From: a virus
Virus record (IMG/VR): IMGVR_UViG_3300022926_000006
Span: 1 to 64,000 of that record
DNA length: 64,000 nt
Direction: 5' to 3' (one strand)
Below are positions 57,774 through 64,000 of the stretch, piece after piece (within the stretch, counting starts at the first letter, position 1; each line of letters begins with the position of its first letter). The notes under the pieces were generated by a model, which saw nothing but the letters and a program-made list of their open reading frames with translations, ran no database searches and was not told the DNA's origin. The translations under genes were made by a program, and so were the position numbers.

Positions 57774-58310
57774 TTAATCCCATCTATAAAAAATGTGGTC
57801 ACCTATTTGAGCAATATATGTTTTCGTCTTTGCCCAATAAGGATTTACATAAGTTGCATGATAATGTGTAGACCCCTCAATCATACCATCATAACGACCA
57901 TCTAATACTTTTGTCGCTAAAAGATATAGTCCTGAGTATGCGTACACATCGTTAATTTCGTCAGACTTGCCATCACAGAACCAACTAAACTGACACTTAT
58001 TTCTAATTGGAACATCTTTGTCGTGTTCTTCTTTCCACCACTTAGATGTTGGTCCTTGATGCACCACTTCACATATAGTGTTAGGAAATCTTGAATCCTT
58101 AACGCGGTTCATAACAACTAGTGATACTGCAATCTGACCTGCTTTGGGTTGTCCCTTTGCTTCAAAGTACATATTTTTTGCGAGACAAGTTGTTTCTGCA
58201 TCAATAGTAAATGTTTCGGTTGCAACCTCTGCACTTGATCCGCTTGACTTATAAGCGATTGCAGAAGCAACTAATGCTGTTAACACAATTGTTTTTTTCA
58301 TCATGTACAC
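57774..58310 (-). CDS. Cell wall hydrolase (SleB / Hydrolase_2)
   Basis: CLA.N.YFEA.G, V.NRV...FPNTICEVV.Q, CQFSW.CDG, HYHA.YV.P.W, IGDHIFY. Confidence 0.92.
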   Translation of the reverse strand: MYMMKKTIVLTALVASAIAYKSSGSSAEVATETFTIDAETTCLAKNMYFEAKGQPKAGQIAVSLVVMNRVKDSRFPNTICEVVHQGPTSKWWKEEHDKDVPIRNKCQFSWFCDGKSDEINDVYAYSGLYLLATKVLDGRYDGMIEGSTHYHATYVNPYWAKTKTYIAQIGDHIFYRWD

Positions 58311-58339
58311 AGTATACTATAAAAGAAGAAAGAAGTCAA
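58311..58339 (-). promoter_or_regulatory. Sigma70-type promoter
   Basis: TTGACT-17 nt-TATACT. Confidence 0.75.
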
Positions 58340-58373
58340 GCAGAAAACCACTTGACTTCTCATTATTACCACC

Positions 58374-58592
58374 TTAGCGTTGTGAAACGAAAGAATTCAT
58401 CTCATTTGCTAGTTTGCTGATATCTTCGAATGTTGGAAATGCAGGAAGTTCAGGAAAAGAAACATCTAATCCCGCTTCTCTATCTGCAAAGTATTTCTCT
58501 TTAATATTGCTGATATCAGTGTGATATTGCTCTGTGAGCAGTTGTTTAGCACTCTCAATCATAGAGAAGCGCAAATCGAATGGATTACTCAT
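58374..58592 (-). CDS. Conserved hypothetical protein
   Basis: NPF.LR......AK..L, P.FPT..DI...A.....FVS; AAGGAGA RBS. Confidence 0.75.
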   Translation of the reverse strand: MSNPFDLRFSMIESAKQLLTEQYHTDISNIKEKYFADREAGLDVSFPELPAFPTFEDISKLANEMNSFVSQR

Positions 58593-58617
58593 ACTATTTC
58601 TCCTTGTGTGTATGTGT

Positions 58618-58992
58618 GTAAAATGTAGGGTGAAGCAATTGCTTCTTCTGTTTCCAGGCGTCCCTACGACACCCAGAAGATTATGCCGCTAGGCGAATAT
58701 CTTCATATGCAATGTTATCGTTTGCATTTACTTTGTTTTGACTTATTAGGCGGTCATCCCACAGTTCTACTCTTTCCTGTTTACGTCAGTCGATCCTATT
58801 TCGCCCCCATCATAATTACTCGATTTACCAACACCAGATAGATATCTTATTGGTGTCTTTTCTTGTATCTTAAACAGTTTTATAAAAAACTCTGTTAGTC
58901 TATCAAACATATTGTCCTCAAGTAATTATGGTGGAGGCGGTGGGTATCGCACCCACGTCCTGCCCGTCATTCAGATTGTATCAACAAACTGT
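58618..58992 (-). ncRNA. ssrA: Circularly permuted two-piece tmRNA (outer ends approximate)
   Basis: Acceptor piece ends CGCCTCC-A-CCA at 58929; coding piece starts GGGGGCGAAATAGGATCGAC at 58808; G3:U70 pair; tag frame 58725-58681 ANDNIAYEDIRLAA*. Confidence 0.93.
58767..58910 (-). CDS. 47-aa ORF starting in the tmRNA intervening segment
   Basis: GAGG RBS, then ATG: MFDRLTEFFIKLFKIQEKTPIRYLSGVGKSSNYDGGEIGSTDVNRKE*. Confidence 0.5.
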   Translation of the reverse strand: MFDRLTEFFIKLFKIQEKTPIRYLSGVGKSSNYDGGEIGSTDVNRKE

Positions 58993-58998
58993 ACATTA

Positions 58999-59027
58999 TA
59001 TATAACATGCTTTGATGTAAATGTCAA
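58999..59027 (-). promoter_or_regulatory. Sigma70-type promoter for the tmRNA
   Basis: TTGACA-17 nt-TATATA just upstream of the acceptor piece. Confidence 0.65.
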
Positions 59028-59389
59028 GTAGTAATTCCATTATTACCAAAAATACTGTTATACTCTAATTCACCTCCATCTGATATAACGCAAGTTACAT
59101 TTGCTGATGGAAGAAATTCTAATATTGTGACTGTACCTTTGTCTTTGTTAACTAGAACTTCGACAATACTAGGTAGTGTAGTTTTGTATCTAATCATTCC
59201 AACTTCGCCGTACTCATTCGCGAATTCTGCTTTTACTTCGTTGTATGGTTTCTTAGTACAGACAACAGGTTTTTGTCCTTGTCTATATTCATGTTCTGAA
59301 TTATCTTGAGCAAATGTGATGCTGGATAAAAATGTTAGACACCATACCAATACAATAACATCAAATACCCATGACTTTCTGATATTCAT
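59024..59389 (-). CDS. Exported hypothetical protein
   Basis: Signal peptide; KPVVC, YGE, N...GT.TILE, CVI..G. Confidence 0.65.
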   Translation of the reverse strand: MNIRKSWVFDVIVLVWCLTFLSSITFAQDNSEHEYRQGQKPVVCTKKPYNEVKAEFANEYGEVGMIRYKTTLPSIVEVLVNKDKGTVTILEFLPSANVTCVISDGGELEYNSIFGNNGITT

Positions 59390-60017
59390 TTCGAACCTCT
59401 CTATAGGACTCTATATAATTGTCCCTCTTCTCTATGAAGAGTTGTGGTTCGTTACCTTCTACTGCCATTATAATAACAACAGTATCAATTGGTATACCTG
59501 TTCTCTCTTCATACATTACTGCATATGCACTACCTTGTTGAAAGTAGTTGGTAATGTACTCTGCTTGTTTAGGTCTGCTAGAGGTCTTAAAATCAATAAT
59601 TGAAAGTCGACCATCAAACTCTGCAATACAGTCTACACGACCGGCAGTCTTCAAGAAGTCTGAATATAGTGATGCTTCTTGAACATGTATATTATTTATC
59701 CTGTTTAGATAATCTTGAACTGAAGTAAACATAGACTTCTCTGCAGGATTAGCAAAAGTAACATCTTTGTTGTTGATGTAGTCTTCTACTTGATAGTGAA
59801 ACTTAGTTCCTCGTGTAGATGCTTGCCGACTAATCTTGTTCGCCGCTTCTTCACCTACTCGTTTGCGCCACTCTAGAATGCCTGCTTTAGACTTCCATCC
59901 TAGTACTGTTGTTACTGATGGATATTTTAATCCATCAGGTGTCACATACAAACGCATGTTGTCTTCATTGATTGTTTGTAGTTCATCGATTTCTTTTGGT
60001 TCAAGATGTGTAAACAT
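59361..60017 (-). CDS. PD-(D/E)XK exonuclease (Cas4/RecB-like)
   Basis: YPSVTTVL, WR.RVG...A, RGT..H, AGRVDCIAEFDG.LSIIDFKTS, YF.Q..AYA.M. Confidence 0.9.
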   Translation of the reverse strand: MFTHLEPKEIDELQTINEDNMRLYVTPDGLKYPSVTTVLGWKSKAGILEWRKRVGEEAANKISRQASTRGTKFHYQVEDYINNKDVTFANPAEKSMFTSVQDYLNRINNIHVQEASLYSDFLKTAGRVDCIAEFDGRLSIIDFKTSSRPKQAEYITNYFQQGSAYAVMYEERTGIPIDTVVIIMAVEGNEPQLFIEKRDNYIESYREVRNEYQKVMGI

Positions 60018-60699
60018 GTTCTATCCAGTTGTGGTTGTTTTTGCGAAAGTCTTCATAAAATCTTTTGGGATATATGTTTATACCTATGGTTACTCTAGGG
60101 GTATCTCCATCATAAGTATTTGTTTGATGTGGAAGATACATAGGAAAGTAGGTCATATCTCCAACATTATTTTTCATATCCAATTCTTCATCTCTATTAA
60201 TAATTATATATTTTGTCACAGAAGTATCGCAAGCACCACCAACAAAAAGATTACCACTGATATATGAATATGTTCCATAGTCATGTACATGTTCACTTAT
60301 GCTTTGTCCTGCTTCTAAAACATTATACCAACAATGAACCATTATAGGTTCAATCTCAGTATTAGATATTATACAATAATTTTTATAAGAAGTCAAGATG
60401 TTTTTTTCAAGTTCTTGAATTAATTTGTTGTCTTTGTACTTTGTTAGAAGATTATATCTATCCCATCTTGTAGAAAGACTTTGGGCATCAAGTCCTGTAG
60501 TTTCTTTGTGACCCTCTAGTTTCATAAGAGTTGATACTTCACTCAAAAGAAACTTATACAATTCATCACAATACGACACGTTCAACTTAGTTATGTCTAT
60601 AAGACAACGTGGATACTTCAGAGATAGATTATTTTTAACATCTATACTCTTAAATCTAAATGAATGTCTTGTTTCAATGTTTTTACTATCAAAAATCAT
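60001..60699 (-). CDS. Putative 2OG-Fe(II) oxygenase
   Basis: CWYNVL..GQ.I..HVH, SYISG, G....FP.YLPH.T, R.TIG.N. Confidence 0.78.
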   Translation of the reverse strand: MIFDSKNIETRHSFRFKSIDVKNNLSLKYPRCLIDITKLNVSYCDELYKFLLSEVSTLMKLEGHKETTGLDAQSLSTRWDRYNLLTKYKDNKLIQELEKNILTSYKNYCIISNTEIEPIMVHCWYNVLEAGQSISEHVHDYGTYSYISGNLFVGGACDTSVTKYIIINRDEELDMKNNVGDMTYFPMYLPHQTNTYDGDTPRVTIGINIYPKRFYEDFRKNNHNWIEHVYTS

Positions 60700-61334
60700 C
60701 TTGGAACAATAGGACCAATCAAACCATCTAATCGTTCATCATTACCACAAGTGTTCTGAAAAATAAAGTCTTGTACTTTTGATAAGTGATAACACTGAAA
60801 TACTAGCGCAACTCGCAAATCATCTTTAGATGTTGTTGATAATCCTCTGTGATAAATGTCGGCATTGAAATCAACGAACCAATCTTGTTGATAAGGTGCT
60901 TCTTCTTCCGCACCATCATCAAATCTAAACTGAGTTCCTCTATGTCTACGATGAACTTCTTTTACAGGATAATATACAATTGTTCTACAGTCATCATCTT
61001 CGGTATTGTCTTGATGCCAAGGACCATCCATTTGCGCTGTTTGTCCAAGAAGGTAACATCTACCAACTTGGGTCTTAACATTTATGTCTAACTTCTGTGC
61101 TATCTTTATCCAAATATTTTTAACATATGGATTGCATTTGATATAGTTTAAATTATTATCATAGTCAGAAACAAAATAATTTCTATGTGCAAATGCTCCA
61201 TCCGCACCAGCACCAAACATCCAATAGAAGGACCTTTGGAAGTAATCTGAGTATAATCGTTTGTCTTCCTCGCTACTTCCAAGTTCCATATATCTTACTG
61301 GTTCTAAATCTTCGCGTTTAGCATTATCAGTCAT
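60696..61334 (-). CDS. Putative 2OG-Fe(II) oxygenase
   Basis: GQT...DG.WH.D, TIVYY, GT.F, F.A.I.HRG, R..L. Confidence 0.78.
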   Translation of the reverse strand: MTDNAKREDLEPVRYMELGSSEEDKRLYSDYFQRSFYWMFGAGADGAFAHRNYFVSDYDNNLNYIKCNPYVKNIWIKIAQKLDINVKTQVGRCYLLGQTAQMDGPWHQDNTEDDDCRTIVYYPVKEVHRRHRGTQFRFDDGAEEEAPYQQDWFVDFNADIYHRGLSTTSKDDLRVALVFQCYHLSKVQDFIFQNTCGNDERLDGLIGPIVPR

Positions 61335-61346
61335 AATAAATTTTCA

Positions 61347-61856
61347 CTAAATTAAACTTAGTGCCTTCTCTGTTGTTTCTTCTACACGGCGAGTCCAACC
61401 TTTTCCAAATGTATCAAAGGTACTCAAGGATTCATAGTAACTCTGCCTCGCAGATTGATACTCTCTGATAGCACCTTCAATGCCATTCTCATCAACGTAG
61501 TTTGCAACTGCTTTAAGTGTGTTAGGACCAATTCCACCATCCGCTACAGTACCAATCATTCGCTGTAGATATTTGGCGGCACGTCCTGTACCAGCATTCA
61601 CACCAAAGTCAAATACGCAGAGGTCTAAACCACTAGGTAGTTCATCTCCTTTAACGCGACCCCAATAATTTTTTTCATAAATTGGAGCAACATCATCAAC
61701 CGTAAGGTCTTTCATATCTTTTGTTCCACCCCATTCTTCATAAACACGTTTGGTGACACCAAGATTAGTTTCACCTCCTGGGTCTTTAGGATGATTTACA
61801 TAACCACCCTCATGGTGAAGGATGGTTTTTAAACACTCTGCGTAATTGTCTTTCAT
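61347..61856 (-). CDS. Endolysin, glycoside hydrolase family 108 with peptidoglycan-binding domain
   Basis: HEGGYVNHPKDPGGETNLGVT, FD.GVNAG, DG.IGP.T, FGKGW.RR. Confidence 0.93.
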   Translation of the reverse strand: MKDNYAECLKTILHHEGGYVNHPKDPGGETNLGVTKRVYEEWGGTKDMKDLTVDDVAPIYEKNYWGRVKGDELPSGLDLCVFDFGVNAGTGRAAKYLQRMIGTVADGGIGPNTLKAVANYVDENGIEGAIREYQSARQSYYESLSTFDTFGKGWTRRVEETTEKALSLI

Positions 61857-61865
61857 ATTTTTTCC

Positions 61866-62603
61866 TTATGCAATTTTTAGTTTTTTGTCTATACTCTCGT
61901 AAAGACCAGCGTACTGTTTTCTGTTCTTCGCTATGATATACTCTTTAACAAGTCCACTTCTTACAATGTCTTCTTCTTTGAAGTCAATCATATCAAAAGA
62001 TTTCATATTCTTTACAATGTCCATAAAGTCAATGATACCTCTCTGTTCATTCTGTCTAGTCAAATCAGTTTGCATGAAGTCACCAGAAAAAATAATTTTA
62101 GAGTTTTCACCAACTCTTGTTATGATTGTGTCCAGTTCATGAAAGTTTAAGTTCTGACACTCATCTACAATCACAATACTATCAATCAAGGTTATACCTC
62201 GTATGTATGATGTAGGAAGAAACTCTAATATATCTTGATATTTAGCAAGTTCATATGGGTTCTCCACACCAGGAAATAGTTCGTTCATTAATGCGACATA
62301 CGGTTCATTATATACTGCAGATTTTTCCTCTTGTGATCCAGGAAGAAAACCTATATCTCTGATAGGTAACATAGACCTAACTAATACAACTTTTCTTTGG
62401 TCAACTTTACGCGATAGGATTGCGTTCATTGCAAGATATAATGCAATAAAAGTTTTCCCTGTTCCAGCACATCCATGAAGGATTAAATTCTTGTCGTTAT
62501 TAAATGCGTCAAAAGTTTTTTCCTGATTGGTTGTAATCGGATTAACTTTTTTAATTAACGTATCTGATAATGCTTTAACGGTAATTACTTTAGATTTGGT
62601 CAT
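61866..62603 (-). CDS. phoH: PhoH-family ATPase
   Basis: G.AGTGKT, IGFLPG, RG.T, IVDECQN, GD..Q.DL, DIVRSGLV. Confidence 0.95.
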   Translation of the reverse strand: MTKSKVITVKALSDTLIKKVNPITTNQEKTFDAFNNDKNLILHGCAGTGKTFIALYLAMNAILSRKVDQRKVVLVRSMLPIRDIGFLPGSQEEKSAVYNEPYVALMNELFPGVENPYELAKYQDILEFLPTSYIRGITLIDSIVIVDECQNLNFHELDTIITRVGENSKIIFSGDFMQTDLTRQNEQRGIIDFMDIVKNMKSFDMIDFKEEDIVRSGLVKEYIIAKNRKQYAGLYESIDKKLKIA

Positions 62604-62654
62604 GTGTTCTCCTCTGTTATGACTGATATCATATTCTGAACATCAATAACATAA

Positions 62655-63707
62655 TCAATGATTAAATGGACACCCACCTCCTTTTCCTTTATTAAATATC
62701 TTACCCATCAAACGATAAGGTTTTGAAGAACCCCAATTTGTGTTTAATAGGTTCATTTTTTCTCGCTCTGCCTGTTCGTCTTCTTTTGTCATAGTCCGAA
62801 CTTCAAAAGGTAAATCTGTGCGCTTAATCATGATGTACCTGCAGAGTGGTTGCTGAAAAGGAATAAGAAACTTACATCCTCTTGTTTTAAAGTGCATAAA
62901 CATATTAAATGTTCTGTAGTAATCTGTATTAATGATTCCAGGAAGAACAGAGAATAATTGTTGTGTATCAAAATGATAATCTAAATTTGTAATCATAGTA
63001 GAATAACCAGGAGGTGTCATAATTCTCCAAGGTGAGTTCAGTTTTAGAACTACTTTTGCCCACTCGTCAGGCCACTCGTTTATCATTGTTGAGTATTGAT
63101 ATTGCGGGTGTGCGCCAAAGTCCCATGAAGATGAATGTGTTTTTTGATTTTTAGTCCAATCCCCAATCTCTTCTTCGGTGAATCCATGTCCACGCATATA
63201 TGCTATCATCTCTTGCCAAGCAGTGATATCACTATCTCTTGTCATAACGTCAAGATTAACAAAGTCAGCATTGTTTCCTGTTGACTTTCCATCTGCGCCA
63301 TCAGGATAGTATTGTGCAAGTGCCGATGAAGTTACTGCCACAGCACTATTACCGTTAGCAGAAATTTCAAGCATTGCAGAACCCCAAAATGGAACAATAA
63401 ATCCATTTGTTAAGTAATCTTGTATGCCAGGACATGTTTTTATTGTTTGACCGGCAGTTCTCCATTCTGGAGGATTGCCAGTAGGAAGAAAAGTTTTAGT
63501 AGCATCGGACATACCTCTAATTTCTTCGTAAGTGTGAACTTTTTGTGCAGGTAATTGTTTATACCAGTTAGGAATATATTTTGATGCTGGTACAATAGGT
63601 GCCCACTTTTCTATTCCCTCAACTGAAGAATAAAACTCAATCTTAGGTTGCTCTACTTTTCCTCGTTTGGATAACCATTTCGCAAAATCATTAATAACAT
63701 CTATCAT
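62655..63707 (-). CDS. Conserved hypothetical protein
   Basis: P.WYK, TIK.CPG..DY...G..VP.W, K...PW.I.TPPGYS, LPGII.TD. Confidence 0.7.
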   Translation of the reverse strand: MIDVINDFAKWLSKRGKVEQPKIEFYSSVEGIEKWAPIVPASKYIPNWYKQLPAQKVHTYEEIRGMSDATKTFLPTGNPPEWRTAGQTIKTCPGIQDYLTNGFIVPFWGSAMLEISANGNSAVAVTSSALAQYYPDGADGKSTGNNADFVNLDVMTRDSDITAWQEMIAYMRGHGFTEEEIGDWTKNQKTHSSSWDFGAHPQYQYSTMINEWPDEWAKVVLKLNSPWRIMTPPGYSTMITNLDYHFDTQQLFSVLPGIINTDYYRTFNMFMHFKTRGCKFLIPFQQPLCRYIMIKRTDLPFEVRTMTKEDEQAEREKMNLLNTNWGSSKPYRLMGKIFNKGKGGGCPFNH

Positions 63708-64000
63708 TTATTTTTCGCCCTATGCTTTGCTAAAATTTGTTCAGTCTGACTTCTCTTAATAGACTTACGATTGTATTGTTGATCCACTGCCGATCCAGGA
63801 GCATTCTCTCCAATTCGTGACATTACTTCTTTGAATCCGTCTGTGGTTTTATCAGATAGTGATACGCCGCCAACAATTGAAGGGGCGGTAATGACTGGTT
63901 CAATATTGGGATGTGTTTTAAGGAAGTCTTCTCGGTCTTTCCATGACATGAATTCGTCAAATACTTCTCCAGTTTGATTATTAATAAACGTGTATGTAGG
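63704..64000 (-). CDS. Small FmdB-like regulatory protein, start just beyond the window edge
   Basis: Frame stays open to the edge: PTYTFINNQTGEVFDEFMSW...GFKEVMSRI. Confidence 0.65.
   Translation of the reverse strand, partial: PTYTFINNQTGEVFDEFMSWKDREDFLKTHPNIEPVITAPSIVGGVSLSDKTTDGFKEVMSRIGENAPGSAVDQQYNRKSIKRSQTEQILAKHRAKNK

Noticed and set aside
58929-58960. tRNA gene
   Set aside because: Only a T-arm and acceptor 3' strand are present; explained as the acceptor piece of the permuted tmRNA.
59361-60017. CRISPR-Cas system (Cas4-like gene)
   Set aside because: A solo phage PD-(D/E)XK exonuclease; no repeat-spacer array or other cas genes seen.
5-64000. Stop-codon reassignment
   Set aside because: Core genes translate full-length in the standard code, and TAA, TAG and TGA all serve as stops.

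Overview
An AT-rich 64 kb segment of a T4-like myovirus resembling marine T4-like phages of heterotrophic bacteria. Most of it is the virion morphogenesis block on the minus strand: uvsY, gp3, gp23-gp13, fibre/accessory genes, a 2198-aa DUF4815-like protein, gp8/7/6/25, PAAR, gp5, gp27-like, gp53 and gp48. A divergent plus-strand block follows (gp4, gp2, gp54, gp26, gp51-like, tape measure), then an accessory island, and then gp32/gp59/gp33, a SleB-type hydrolase, an exonuclease, three 2OG-Fe(II) oxygenases, a GH108 endolysin and PhoH. The best signals are missing from the supplied ORF track. (1) A 23-aa PqqA (PQQ cofactor precursor peptide) gene with its own RBS and terminator lies just downstream of the major capsid gene. 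(2) A circularly permuted two-piece tmRNA (tag ANDNIAYEDIRLAA) has an RBS-led 47-codon ORF starting in its intervening segment. (3) A U-UUU-UUA -1 slippery site would fuse gp26 to a gp51-like frame just upstream of the tape measure gene, resembling lambda G/GT. Also notable are five tandem His-rich paralogous structural genes, a probable protease-processed head polyprotein, and an RBS-sequestering hairpin containing a late promoter. All calls come from reading motifs and synteny by eye; no searches were run.
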